Of a DNA stretch of 64,000 nt, positions 40,427-50,441 are shown piece after piece. The stretch comes from Escherichia coli (GTDB lineage: Bacteria > Pseudomonadota > Gammaproteobacteria > Enterobacterales > Enterobacteriaceae). Numbering within the stretch: position 1 is the stretch's first letter; each line of letters begins with the position of its first letter. The position numbers were made by a program, and so were the translations under genes. The notes under the pieces were generated by a model. It saw only the letters and a program-made list of their open reading frames with translations, was not told where the DNA came from and did no database searches. The DNA lies in NCBI RefSeq assembly GCF_030013595.1, contig NZ_CP122768.1. One strand, written 5' to 3'.

Positions 40427-40539
40427 GTGGGTGTTGTGTTTAGGGCCGGGGAGAGTCGGGGTATGACTACGAAAGCCCCTAACTTAAACACGATATTACG
40501 CCAGAAGTCACCATTTCCAAAACACAACGCCGTTGTACC

Positions 40540-40773
40540 GTGGGATATCTGCCCAACAGCAGCGACACGCCGGTGATCAAAATCAGCGCCAAATGGCTGA
40601 GAGAAGCGGGATTTGAGATCGGCACGGGCGTTACCGTGAAGATCCCGGAAGGTTGCCTGATCCTGCTTGCGGATAACAACGGAGTACAGGAACTGAGGAA
40701 GGAACTTTATAAGGTTAAACAGGCTGTTAAGGGGATGCGTGACGGGATGTTTAGTGTGCTGAACGAAAGTTAA
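40540..40773 (+). CDS. SymE-family toxin homologue (AbrB-fold), N-terminus ambiguous
   Basis: PVIKISAKWLREAGFEIGTGVTVKIPEGCLILLA resembles the SymE core; homology continues upstream in frame to a stop at 40480; an ATG at 40463 is in a different frame. Confidence 0.5.
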   Translation: MGYLPNSSDTPVIKISAKWLREAGFEIGTGVTVKIPEGCLILLADNNGVQELRKELYKVKQAVKGMRDGMFSVLNES

Positions 40774-40780
40774 ATAATAA

Positions 40781-40816
40781 AAAAGCCGGGAAGATTTAAT
40801 TTTCCTCCCGGCTTTT
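40781..40816. terminator. Rho-independent terminator between convergent genes
   Basis: gccgggaag-atttaatttt-cctcccggc followed by ttttatttt. Confidence 0.7.
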
Positions 40817-40819
40817 ATT

Positions 40820-41068
40820 TTAGCTTAAAAGTATTTTTTCGATATATTCACTAACCTTTGAATTAACTCCTGATATATATTCATTATCTTTACCAGAGTA
40901 AAATTTTAAAGAACCTTCCAAATTATCATGAAGAACAAGAAGATCATAAGCAAGTAATTTTGGGATAAGCGAAGCACTTTGATAATCAGTCATTACTTTA
41001 TCAAGTGACATATATAGCCTATCAATTATGTTTGTATCTAAATCATCCGCTAATCTAATCATTTCCAC
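40820..41068 (-). CDS. Hypothetical small protein (82 aa, AT-rich)
   Basis: ORF with distinct AT-rich codon usage, bounded by the terminator and the IS end; no recognisable domain. Confidence 0.4.
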   Translation of the reverse strand: MEMIRLADDLDTNIIDRLYMSLDKVMTDYQSASLIPKLLAYDLLVLHDNLEGSLKFYSGKDNEYISGVNSKVSEYIEKILLS

Positions 41069-41107
41069 TACATCAATGTAAGCGACTCGTCAGAACCGTA
41101 TTGATAT

Positions 41108-42679
41108 TTACTGAGAGCTCAGATCAACTTTCCAGGGCAACAGATCGCGTACCCGGTTTGCCGGCCAGTCCTGGATATGTTCAATGACGTAACGCAGCCA
41201 CTTTTCTGGCTCCACATTGTTCAGACGGCATGTGCCGATCAGCGAGTACAACACCGCCGCATGTTCACCACCGCTGTCGGAACCCGCGAACATCCAGTTT
41301 TTCCGGCCTACGGCCACTCCCCGTAAGGCGTTCTCTGCGATGTTGTTGTCGATTTCCACCCAGCCATTACTGCAGTACACGTTCAGTGCATCCCACTGTT
41401 TCAGCAGGTATGCGAACGCTTTTGCCGTATCTGAGTGACGCGACAGTGTTTTCATCTGTTGCTGTATCCAGTCATACAGTGACTGCATCAGTGGCGCGGC
41501 TCTGGCTTTTCTTGCCGCCAGACGCTGTTCTGCTGAACAGCCCCGGACCTCTGCCTCGATGGCATACAGTTCACCGATACGCTGCAGGGCTTCCGTGGTG
41601 ATGTAGGTGGGCGCTCTTGCATGCACATCGTGGATTTTTCTCCGGGCATGAGCCATACACGCGGCTTCCGTTATTCTGCCGGATTCGTATAACGCCCGGT
41701 AACCACCGTAAGCATCGGCCTGAAGCACACCGCTGTAACCGGCCAGGTGATTTTGTGGATGGATACCTTTCCGGTCCGGACTGTACGCGAACCAGACCGC
41801 CGGGGGCATCTGTGAACCGGCGTTACGGTCATCACGGACGTAGACCCACAGCCGGGCTGTCCGGGTTTTACCGCTGCCCGGCTCCTGGACCGGGACGGGG
41901 ATATCATCAGCATGGACTTTACCGGGCATCAGCACATACTGGCGCAGGACGTCATACAGCGGCTCCAGCAGTTCAGCAACAGCACCTGTCCAGCGCCCCA
42001 GTGTGGCACGGCTCAGCTCCACTCCCTGACGACGGTATATTTCTGACTGGCGGTATAACGGCAGATGGTCTGCATATTTCCCGGTGACAACATGGGCCAG
42101 AAGCCCCGCTCCGGCATAACTGCGTGCAATGGGTTTTGAAGGTACTGGTGCCTGTACGATATGGTCGCACCGGCAACAGGCCTGTTTCGGACGTTGTGTT
42201 TCGATAACCTTAAAGGCGCTGCTGATAAGCTCCAGTTGCTCTGACACATCACATCCCAGAGAACTGAGTTCACCACCACAGGCAGGACAGCATTCCTCTT
42301 CCGGCCGGATAACCCGGGTTTCACGGGGAAGTGAGGCCGGTAACGGTTTACGGGCTGAAGACTGGCGCAGGGCGGATGGCAGTACCGGGTCATATTGCTC
42401 ACCCAGCGTTTCCGCCATTTCTTCCTGAAGTGCGCTGATTCGCTCCTGTGCTTCCTGTATCTGCCGTTCGGTTTTTGCACGAAGTTTTTCTGAGCTTTTA
42501 CCGAACTGCATACGTTGCAGTTTCGCAACCAGCGCCTTCAGCCGGTTGATTTCGGAAGCATAAGCCGCCACCCGCTGTGAGAGCAGGCGGTTGTATTCAG
42601 CCATCTGGCGGATGGTGTCCTGTTGCGTCTGCAACAGTGCCCGCAGGCGGGCGTTCTCATGAGCAAGTGAGGTGTCCAT
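41108..42679 (-). CDS. IS66-family transposase TnpC
   Basis: 523 aa; N-terminal coiled coil, Cys-rich zinc-finger region, DDE-type catalytic core. Confidence 0.9.
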   Translation of the reverse strand: MDTSLAHENARLRALLQTQQDTIRQMAEYNRLLSQRVAAYASEINRLKALVAKLQRMQFGKSSEKLRAKTERQIQEAQERISALQEEMAETLGEQYDPVLPSALRQSSARKPLPASLPRETRVIRPEEECCPACGGELSSLGCDVSEQLELISSAFKVIETQRPKQACCRCDHIVQAPVPSKPIARSYAGAGLLAHVVTGKYADHLPLYRQSEIYRRQGVELSRATLGRWTGAVAELLEPLYDVLRQYVLMPGKVHADDIPVPVQEPGSGKTRTARLWVYVRDDRNAGSQMPPAVWFAYSPDRKGIHPQNHLAGYSGVLQADAYGGYRALYESGRITEAACMAHARRKIHDVHARAPTYITTEALQRIGELYAIEAEVRGCSAEQRLAARKARAAPLMQSLYDWIQQQMKTLSRHSDTAKAFAYLLKQWDALNVYCSNGWVEIDNNIAENALRGVAVGRKNWMFAGSDSGGEHAAVLYSLIGTCRLNNVEPEKWLRYVIEHIQDWPANRVRDLLPWKVDLSSQ

Positions 42680-42698
42680 ATCCTCACTTTACAACGGG

Positions 42699-43046
42699 TT
42701 ATATGCGGATTCCAGCGCGTTCCGTTCGTTTCGGGTGCTTCCAGTTGATACCTTCAAGAAGCATGGATAACTGAGCCGGAGTAAGGTGCACCTTGCCGTC
42801 ACGGGTGACTGGCCAGACGAAGCGGCCCCGCTCCAGGCGTTTGGTGAAGAGGCACAGTCCGTCACTGTCAGCCCACAACACTTTTATCTGGTCACCCCGG
42901 CGTCCGCGGAAGATGAACAGGTGTCCGGAGAACGGGTCATCCTTCAGGACGTTCTGAACTTTTGATGCCAGGCCGTTAAAGCCATTTCGCATATCGGTGA
43001 TACCTGCAACCAGCCAGATACGCGAACCTGCAGGGAGAGATATCAT
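42699..43046 (-). CDS. IS66-family accessory protein TnpB
   Basis: 115 aa; overlaps the tnpA stop. Confidence 0.85.
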   Translation of the reverse strand: MISLPAGSRIWLVAGITDMRNGFNGLASKVQNVLKDDPFSGHLFIFRGRRGDQIKVLWADSDGLCLFTKRLERGRFVWPVTRDGKVHLTPAQLSMLLEGINWKHPKRTERAGIRI

Positions 43047-43720
43047 CAGTGGCTGCTCCCTTTTATTTCGCGGATAAGTGTCTGTAATAACGCCGGCGTC
43101 AGTTTACCTTTAAGCCTGAGAGTTCCGGCCGGCAGAACCAGCTCACAACACAGACTGTCGGACGGTGTATTTATCTGCTCTGGTTCCTGTGCGGGGGCCG
43201 GGATTTTATTATCCGGCTCCGGCGTTAACGTCACGGGAAGCAGTGCCGGCATATTTTTTCCGGAAGGCAGCAGGCCACCTTTCCGGTATTGATGGCGCCA
43301 GTTGAAGAGCAGGTTATCGTTGATTCCGTTTTCCCGGGCGATCTGCGCCACACAGGCTCCGGGCTGCAGTGACTGCTCCACTAAGGCGATTTTAAACTCA
43401 TAAGGGAAGTTGGGCCGCCGGGGACGTTTTTTTACCACGGGGGCTTCGGATATAACGGTGCTTTCAGGACGTACGACTGGTACCGTGGAAAATTGTCCGT
43501 AAAGGCAGGCATCAAGTTCCTGCTCCGACATGCCTGCGGGCAAAGGCCACGAAAGGCCAGCTCTCCGAAAGCGCACGAACATACTACAAACTGTTGATTT
43601 TGGTACACCCAGGCGACGCCCGGCCACAACCCGGGGTAAATGTTCTTCAAAGTGAAGACGTAAAGCTTCAGTGATCCAGGTCCGGTGTTTCATACGATAG
43701 TGTCCATTAAAAATGGACAT
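43046..43720 (-). CDS. IS66-family accessory protein TnpA
   Basis: 224 aa; N-terminal HTH-like region; first ORF of the IS66 triplet. Confidence 0.8.
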   Translation of the reverse strand: MSIFNGHYRMKHRTWITEALRLHFEEHLPRVVAGRRLGVPKSTVCSMFVRFRRAGLSWPLPAGMSEQELDACLYGQFSTVPVVRPESTVISEAPVVKKRPRRPNFPYEFKIALVEQSLQPGACVAQIARENGINDNLLFNWRHQYRKGGLLPSGKNMPALLPVTLTPEPDNKIPAPAQEPEQINTPSDSLCCELVLPAGTLRLKGKLTPALLQTLIREIKGSSH

Positions 43721-43772
43721 TATTTTTGTAGAGCCGGAGGAAACAGACCAGACGGTTTAAATGAGCCGGTTA

Positions 43773-44237
43773 CTATTCAGCTTCATAAAGCTTTTTGAAC
43801 ATGGGGCTTTGATCCCAGGCGATCCCTTTGTAACGCTTCATATTTTTCCGCAATTCATCCTTTGAAAGATTCATAAAACGGATTTTTAATTTTTCATCGG
43901 TTTCAGTGTTGTAAACCAAATGTTCCATCCCACGCCAGGAGGACTCCAGTTTCTGAAATTCCGGATGACTCAGGATTAGTTTGATCTGCTCAGTTAATTT
44001 GAAATCGATCTGCTCAATAATCGCAGCAATACTTTTATAAGCGTCGTCACTGACGGTGACGGTATTTGTCAAAGCCTGTTGGGCCAGCGTCTGAACTGCT
44101 GCCTCAACAGCCTTTGCTGCCTGAGGTGTCTTGGGACGGAAGGCTTTATCCAGGAGCGAATCAAATTCAGTGTCCTGATAGGCAGTGGTTTGCGCAGCAG
44201 AGAGTTCGCCAGTCGCCAGAAGAGTATCGTTTACCAT
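43773..44237 (-). pseudogene. tssC: T6SS sheath large subunit TssC, 3'-truncated by the IS66 insertion
   Basis: Only about 154 N-terminal residues (ends ...SPMFKKLYEAE, which I recognise as the start of the conserved TssC core) before the IS terminal repeat creates a stop. Confidence 0.8.
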
Positions 44238-44261
44238 GAAAGTTCCTTAATAAAATCGCAG

Positions 44262-44807
44262 TTAGTCTGCTGTTCCCGTTTCACCTGATAAGACACTTTC
44301 CTGTTGAGCGACAGGTTTTGGCGCACTAGCCAGAGCTTTCAGTAACGTAGGGTCTTGTAATAGTTTGTTGATAAGATTTTCTGCTCCCGCTTTACCATCC
44401 ATGTAGGTTTGTAGGTTGGCAAGCTGAGTACGCGCTTCCAGCAGCTGGTTCAGGGCATCCACCTTACGGGCAATCTGCGCAGGCGAAAAATCGTCCATAT
44501 TCTCTAACGTGATATCGACCATTAACTGCCCTTCGCCCGTCAGCGTATTGGGGACAGCAAACGCCACGCGCGGCGCAATGGCTTTCATCCTCTCGTTGAA
44601 GTTATCGATATCAATATCAAGGAATTTACGATCGGTGACCGGCGGCAGCTCTTCACGCGGTTTACCCGCCAGGTCGGCCAGCACCGCCATGACAAACGGC
44701 AGTTCGATTTTTTTCTCGGAGCCGTAAATCTCAACGTCATACTCAATCTGCACGCGGGGCGCGCGGTTGCGGGCAATAAACTTCTGCGCGCTGTTGTTGA
44801 TAGCCAT
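44262..44807 (-). CDS. tssB: T6SS sheath small subunit TssB
   Basis: 181 aa; PRVQIEYDVEIYGSEKKIELPFVMAVLADL is the TssB signature. Confidence 0.9.
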   Translation of the reverse strand: MAINNSAQKFIARNRAPRVQIEYDVEIYGSEKKIELPFVMAVLADLAGKPREELPPVTDRKFLDIDIDNFNERMKAIAPRVAFAVPNTLTGEGQLMVDITLENMDDFSPAQIARKVDALNQLLEARTQLANLQTYMDGKAGAENLINKLLQDPTLLKALASAPKPVAQQESVLSGETGTAD

Positions 44808-44868
44808 AATCCTTCATTTCCTTATCAGTCAGCCGACGACCACCTGGGGAGTGGCCCGACGGTACAGT

Positions 44869-45159
44869 TTAAAAATCATACGCAGAGAGTATTTTTATAA
44901 TCTCTTTGTTTTCTTTGTACTTTTCCCGAAGCACAGGGAGTGATTTCTTCGCCGGAGGACACCAGGTATCAACCCCCTTTTCGATGTCTCTTTTATCCTT
45001 CTCTGGTAAAGAACTGTCCCATTCACCAGCAAGATGCTGGCACATTTCCGCATTACTCAGAAAATGCTGTACATCCTGTGGTAAAGACGGTTCCCCCTGA
45101 ACACTGAAAGCGAACATCATTAACAGGAATGTCCACAACACCGGATAACGAAATGTCAT
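44869..45159 (-). CDS. Small secreted protein, candidate immunity protein
   Basis: 96 aa; signal peptide (FLLMMFAFSVQG), two Cys; directly downstream of the M15 peptidase gene. Confidence 0.5.
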   Translation of the reverse strand: MTFRYPVLWTFLLMMFAFSVQGEPSLPQDVQHFLSNAEMCQHLAGEWDSSLPEKDKRDIEKGVDTWCPPAKKSLPVLREKYKENKEIIKILSAYDF

Positions 45160-45161
45160 AC

Positions 45162-45725
45162 TTAATGTCCATCAATTGACCAGTGGGGTATATCTGTATT
45201 TCCGCCTACAAATTTTCTGACGCCGTAACCCAGACCTACCGCCTGAAGCTGGGCATTCATTCCGGTTCGATGTAGTGTATTAATTGCAACATTCTGACCA
45301 TTGCTCCCCGCAATTGTTAATGTTCCGCTCCAACTGATATTCATATCTATCGCAGTACCGCGTGTATGGTTGGAGCTCAGTGCAGGCGCGACATTCAGAT
45401 TATTCATACCATAGGCCGTAACCATAGCCTGCGCCGCTTCAAGCGAGGCTTGCTCAGTCGGGTGAACCCACTCAATATCCACCCCCTCCATCGCCGGGAC
45501 GTTTTTTGCCTGAACGATTTCCTGAGCAATCAACCATGACCAGTGCATGAGATATGCTCTGGCGGGAGGGCGATATGTTGCAGAGATACTGACCCTTGCA
45601 CGCGCATTACCAAGCGCGCGCAAAAAATTATCTACCGATGCACGAAAAGTCCCCTGCAAATCATTAGTGGAAGAACTTCCAGGAAAGCGACTGACCCACA
45701 GTGCGCCACTTAATTCTTTTGCCAT
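45162..45725 (-). CDS. LAS/M15-family zinc peptidase, candidate peptidoglycan-targeting T6SS effector
   Basis: 187 aa, no signal peptide; SNHTRGTAID fits the SxHxxGxAxD zinc-binding motif; C-terminal IPHWS. Confidence 0.6.
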   Translation of the reverse strand: MAKELSGALWVSRFPGSSSTNDLQGTFRASVDNFLRALGNARARVSISATYRPPARAYLMHWSWLIAQEIVQAKNVPAMEGVDIEWVHPTEQASLEAAQAMVTAYGMNNLNVAPALSSNHTRGTAIDMNISWSGTLTIAGSNGQNVAINTLHRTGMNAQLQAVGLGYGVRKFVGGNTDIPHWSIDGH

Positions 45726-45737
45726 AAGGATGCTCCA

Positions 45738-48371
45738 TTAATCCGTTTCAAAAATAATCTGTTCATCCTCATCAACACGAATGCGGATTTGCGTGATGGC
45801 CGTTTTCTCTGTCATCGCCTGCAACCAATAACGGGACAGTTGTGGGAGGATATGTTGTTCGATATAGCCGATGAGCAAACGAGCGCCGGTCTCGTGCATC
45901 GGGCAGCGCGACACAATATGCGTAATCAGTTCATCGCCATACACCAGTGAAACGCCATGCCGCTCCGCCATCCGATCCATCAATCTGCCAAGATGCAGGC
46001 GGGCAATAACACCACGCGCGGTCTCATCCAGCGGTAAATAAGGAATAACCGTCACACGCCCCAGGAAAGCCGCCGGGAAGTGTTTACGTAACTCCGGCAT
46101 TAACGCCTCTTTTAACCCTGCCGAATCGGGCATCAGCGCCGGATCTTCACAGAGCTGGCTGATAAGTTCCGCCCCCGCGTTAGTAGTCAACAACAGCGTG
46201 GTATTTTTGAAATCGATGTGGACACCTTCGCCATCTTCCATCGCCCCCTTATCAAACACCTGGAAGAACAGCTCGTGGACGTCGTGATGGGCTTTTTCAA
46301 TTTCATCTAGCAATACCACGCTCCAGGGATGGCGGCGTACCGCTTCCGTCAACACACCGCCTTCGCCATAGCCGACGTAGCCGGGCGGCGCGCCTTTCAG
46401 AGTGGAGACTGTGTGAGACTCCTGATACTCGCTCATGTTGATGGTGATCAGATTCTGTTCACCGCCATAGATTGCTTCTGCCAGTGCCAGCGCGGTCTCA
46501 GTCTTGCCTACTCCGGACGGCCCGGCCAGCAAAAAGACACCCACAGGCTTACGCGGGTCACCTAAACCCGCCCGCGCGGTCTGGATACGCTCGCCAATCT
46601 GCGCCAACGCATCCATCTGCCCGGTAACACGCTGCGCCAAACGGGTGGGCAATTCCAGTATCTGACTGGCTTCATCTTTCACCATCCGTCCGGCGGGAAT
46701 ACCGGTCCAGTCGGAGACAATCTCTGCCACCACGGTTGCACTGACTTCCGGGTACACGACAGGGTTTTCACCCTGCCAGCCTCTTAATGCCGTTTCTGCC
46801 TGTTGTAGAGTGATTTCGTCGCGCTCGCCAGGCGCTGCGCCGCGTTGCTCCTGTAAACTGCGAACCAACTCCAGTTCCTGCTGCCACCGCGCTTCGGTGT
46901 CAGAAAGATCGGCATTAAGCGATATAATCCGCGCCGTCAGTACATCGCCCCGCTCCGAGCGGATACCCATTTTTTCCTGCTTTAATAACAACTCCTGCTC
47001 CAGTTCGGCAGCGTTGAGCTGCTGGCGCAGATACTGGACTCTCGCAGGCGGGGTATGCAGCGACAGCGCTACACGGGCCGCCGCCGTATCCAACAGGCTG
47101 ATGGCCTTATCCGGTAGTTGCCGGGCCGGAATGTAACGGTGAGAAAGCTGTACGGCGGCGCGCACGGCCTCATCAAGAATCAGGACATCATGGTGTTCTT
47201 CAAGCGTGGTGACTAATCCGCGCACCATCTCAACAGCCGCAACCTCTTCCGGCTCAGCAACCTGCAATACCTGAAAACGCCGGGTCAGCGCCGGATCCTT
47301 TTCGATATGGCGTTTGTACTCGCTCCAGGTGGTTGCGCCGATGGTGCGCAGAGTGCCACGCGCCAGCGCCGGTTTCAGCAAGTTGGCAGCATCCCCCGTA
47401 CCGGATGTACCACCAGCGCCCACCAGGGTGTGAACTTCATCAACAAAAAGTATCACCGGCTGCGCCGAGCGCGCGGCCTCTTCCAGCAAAGCTTTCAGGC
47501 GGGATTCAAATTCACCCTTCATGGACGCCCCAGCCAGCAGCGCTCCAACATCCAGTGACAGCAACCGCACGTTACGCAGTGAAGGCGGCACTTCCCCCCC
47601 GGCAATCGCCAGCGCGAATCCTTCCACCACTGCCGTTTTCCCGACCCCCGCCTCGCCGGTCAGCAGCGGGTTGTTCTGGCGACGGCGCAGCAGAATATCC
47701 GTCATAGTACGGATCTCGTGTTCGCGGCCGGTGACCGGATCGATATTGCCTTCACGGGCCAGCGCAGTCATGTCCTGGCAGTATTTCGCCAGCGCGGATT
47801 TACTTCCGGTTGATTCGCCGGCAAAGACCTGGCTAGCTTCCCCCGGTACTGCAGAATTTAAATCCGAGCCGTCATAAGGCATTTCTGTTAATTCAGGAGA
47901 TGAAGTGATTAAAGACGGAAGAATATCTAATAGTTCATCTACCGGTAGCTCTGCCAATGGCGCACAAATATTTTTTAACACCCGACACAATTCTGGCGTG
48001 GTTAACCAGGCAAGTAATAACCATCCACTACGAATTTTTTGATCGCCAAAGCGGATACTTGCCAACATCCAGGCTTTTTCAACAGAAAGATCGATATGAT
48101 GGGAAAAATCGTTAATTACACTCGCTCCGGCAGGCAATATATTCAATTGCTGAATTAACGCCTTCTCAACATCAGCAGATGTTATTTGATAATGTCGAAG
48201 CACATTGTGAATGTCATTCTCTGGTTGTTGTATTAACTGATGCAACCAATGCGTCAGTTCGACATAAGGATTAGCGCGTAATTTACAGAACGTCGTCGCA
48301 GATTCCAAAGATCTAAACAAAGATTTGGTTAGCTTTCCATACAGTGCACTGCGCGAAACAGGAGTGTCCAT
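45738..48371 (-). CDS. clpV: T6SS AAA+ ATPase ClpV (TssH)
   Basis: 877 aa; two AAA+ modules (GEAGVGKT, GPSGVGKT) and a ClpV-type N-domain. Confidence 0.9.
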   Translation of the reverse strand: MDTPVSRSALYGKLTKSLFRSLESATTFCKLRANPYVELTHWLHQLIQQPENDIHNVLRHYQITSADVEKALIQQLNILPAGASVINDFSHHIDLSVEKAWMLASIRFGDQKIRSGWLLLAWLTTPELCRVLKNICAPLAELPVDELLDILPSLITSSPELTEMPYDGSDLNSAVPGEASQVFAGESTGSKSALAKYCQDMTALAREGNIDPVTGREHEIRTMTDILLRRRQNNPLLTGEAGVGKTAVVEGFALAIAGGEVPPSLRNVRLLSLDVGALLAGASMKGEFESRLKALLEEAARSAQPVILFVDEVHTLVGAGGTSGTGDAANLLKPALARGTLRTIGATTWSEYKRHIEKDPALTRRFQVLQVAEPEEVAAVEMVRGLVTTLEEHHDVLILDEAVRAAVQLSHRYIPARQLPDKAISLLDTAAARVALSLHTPPARVQYLRQQLNAAELEQELLLKQEKMGIRSERGDVLTARIISLNADLSDTEARWQQELELVRSLQEQRGAAPGERDEITLQQAETALRGWQGENPVVYPEVSATVVAEIVSDWTGIPAGRMVKDEASQILELPTRLAQRVTGQMDALAQIGERIQTARAGLGDPRKPVGVFLLAGPSGVGKTETALALAEAIYGGEQNLITINMSEYQESHTVSTLKGAPPGYVGYGEGGVLTEAVRRHPWSVVLLDEIEKAHHDVHELFFQVFDKGAMEDGEGVHIDFKNTTLLLTTNAGAELISQLCEDPALMPDSAGLKEALMPELRKHFPAAFLGRVTVIPYLPLDETARGVIARLHLGRLMDRMAERHGVSLVYGDELITHIVSRCPMHETGARLLIGYIEQHILPQLSRYWLQAMTEKTAITQIRIRVDEDEQIIFETD

Positions 48372-48703
48372 CTGTTACACCTAATGATGTAAGAACATAT
48401 AAATGATACATAAACATAACTGTACCGATTAAAACTTCTAATTAATAGAATTATCAAAAAGGCCGAATGAAACAATGATGCATATCACAGAACACAATGT
48501 AATATAGCAGGTAGTATCTTTTTCATGGTGATATTCAATAGAGCAAGCCAATTTCATACATACCATGAATATATTAAATTGAAAATCGCCACTATATATT
48601 TCCGCGAAAACTTATATTGATAAAGTAAATTGATCAGCATTGCTTATCTAAAAATTTAGAAAACTTATTCTTTTGAAAGAAACATTCTACACAGTGATAC
48701 ACA

Positions 48704-49624
48704 ATGAAACCAAATATTACGTGGGGACTCCAAAAAATACAGGCGCACGGGATCGCCGATAACACAATTTACGCGACTGAAGGAACCCAAATTATCTTCA
48801 CCGTTACCTCCCCCTGGATTCCTGTTTTTGAGGTGAATGATGATGTAAAGATTGCCCTCAGTCTGACCCGCCACGAAGAAGCATGGTGGATTATCAATCA
48901 GTCTACCGAATATTGCTGTACGGTAAACGACCAGATTGTGGAACCTCATCACCGTATGCGTCTGAATGAAGGCGACCTGATAGAATGGGGGTTATCTTCA
49001 TGGTGCCTTGTGCACGGCAATCCATCATCTCCGGACCTGAGCGCAGTAAAAACGACATCGCAGACTGCCACCATGTCGGAAACAATAACCGAATATCTGG
49101 ATCTGGATTGGTTCAGGCAGCAGCATCTGACATCACAAAATCCATTCGATATCATTCCTGTTCATGGAGCCTCCTCCACTGGAGAAGATGCTAAAAAAGA
49201 AAATGCCCTGACTCGACTTTATCAGGAATACCGCGAGGCGTTGTTATCTCCTGAACAAGATCTTCATCGCCATGCTGATCCTTTTCCCTTTAACGAAGAG
49301 CCCTCCTCACAGGATCTGGATTCATTGCGTGATCTGGTCACTGAAGCCGAGACATTGCAGGATATGGTCACTGGCGGGTTAAGCATTGACGCTATTCTCG
49401 ATGTCCTGGACGCCACCGGCGAAGGGGAAACCGCCTGGCCTGCCGAAAAGACGCCCCCAGATATCCTGCACCTGCTATCCCCGGAATGCGCACCGGAAAC
49501 AGCGCATAACACCGTTCTGCCCGACCTGACACGCAAAGAGCATCGCATCATTGGCATTGACATTGACAGCCATTATCGGATAAACCCGGCACAACACGGA
49601 GAGATATCTCATGACAAACAATAA
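48704..49624 (+). CDS. T6SS-associated FHA-domain protein (TagH/Fha-like)
   Basis: 306 aa; N-terminal region resembles an FHA fold; heads the plus-strand T6SS operon. Confidence 0.55.
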   Translation: MKPNITWGLQKIQAHGIADNTIYATEGTQIIFTVTSPWIPVFEVNDDVKIALSLTRHEEAWWIINQSTEYCCTVNDQIVEPHHRMRLNEGDLIEWGLSSWCLVHGNPSSPDLSAVKTTSQTATMSETITEYLDLDWFRQQHLTSQNPFDIIPVHGASSTGEDAKKENALTRLYQEYREALLSPEQDLHRHADPFPFNEEPSSQDLDSLRDLVTEAETLQDMVTGGLSIDAILDVLDATGEGETAWPAEKTPPDILHLLSPECAPETAHNTVLPDLTRKEHRIIGIDIDSHYRINPAQHGEISHDKQ

Positions 49625-50441
49625 CGAGCTACCGGCTACCCTGTCGGCGCTGCTGCGGGATTATTCCGTGGCGGAGGGCATTCAAATGGCAGAACAGCAG
49701 GTCAGGATGCACCCGGCGCAGGCCTCCCGCCGCCACAGCCTATTTCAGTTATTGTGCGTGGCAGGCTACTGGTCGCGGGCACTGCAACAGATCCAGCTAT
49801 GCGCCCGGATGGACGCAAATTATACCCGCGAAGCGCAGGTATTTGGCGAGCTGATACGCTGTGAGATATACCGCCACGCCTGCTTTCAGGGAGAACAGCG
49901 GCCCGATTTTATTCTCCCGCCGCCCGCCTGGATGGAGGATCTGCTGACCGCCCTCGCCTGTAACGCTCGTGGTGAAGCGCAGGAAGCTGACGCCCACCGC
50001 AGCCGCGCACTTGAGGCCATAACAGATACTGCAGGGCAGTGGAATGGTGGCGCATTTGACTGGATTAGCGACAGCGACTCCCGTACCGGTCCGGTACTCG
50101 AACTCATCGCGGGCGGAGTATATATCTGGCTGCCGTTTTCACAAATCTGTTCGCTAAAATCGCCGCGGCCTGCGCATCTGACCGATTTGATCTGGAAACC
50201 CGTCAACGTCACACTGAATAATGGCGACACACACAGTGCCTGGCTGTTTTCCCGCTACAGCGGCTCTGAAAAGGCTGCCGACTCCCTGCGTCTGTGCCGG
50301 GAAACGGTCTGGCAGGACGGGCCGGGAGAGACTCTGGTACAGGCGCTGGGTCAGAGGGTGTGGCTCACCGGTCACGGCGATATCAGCCTGCTGGATTTGT
50401 CCACCTGTACCTTTAACACCGCTGAAGGAAGCGACGCGTGA
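49611..50441 (+). CDS. tagJ: T6SS accessory protein TagJ (ImpE family)
   Basis: 276 aa; pattern LFQLLCVAGYW ... GPVLELIAGGVYIWLPF matches ImpE/TagJ. Confidence 0.7.
   Translation: MTNNNELPATLSALLRDYSVAEGIQMAEQQVRMHPAQASRRHSLFQLLCVAGYWSRALQQIQLCARMDANYTREAQVFGELIRCEIYRHACFQGEQRPDFILPPPAWMEDLLTALACNARGEAQEADAHRSRALEAITDTAGQWNGGAFDWISDSDSRTGPVLELIAGGVYIWLPFSQICSLKSPRPAHLTDLIWKPVNVTLNNGDTHSAWLFSRYSGSEKAADSLRLCRETVWQDGPGETLVQALGQRVWLTGHGDISLLDLSTCTFNTAEGSDA

Larger units (their letters stand above)
41078..43773 (-). mobile_element. IS66-family insertion sequence (about 2.7 kb)
   Basis: Three ORFs in IS66 order (tnpA, tnpB, tnpC); imperfect terminal inverted repeats GTAAGCGACTCGTCAGAACCGT (41078) and GTAACCGGCTCATTTAAACCGT (reverse complement ending 43773); no flanking 8 bp direct repeat. 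Confidence 0.8.
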
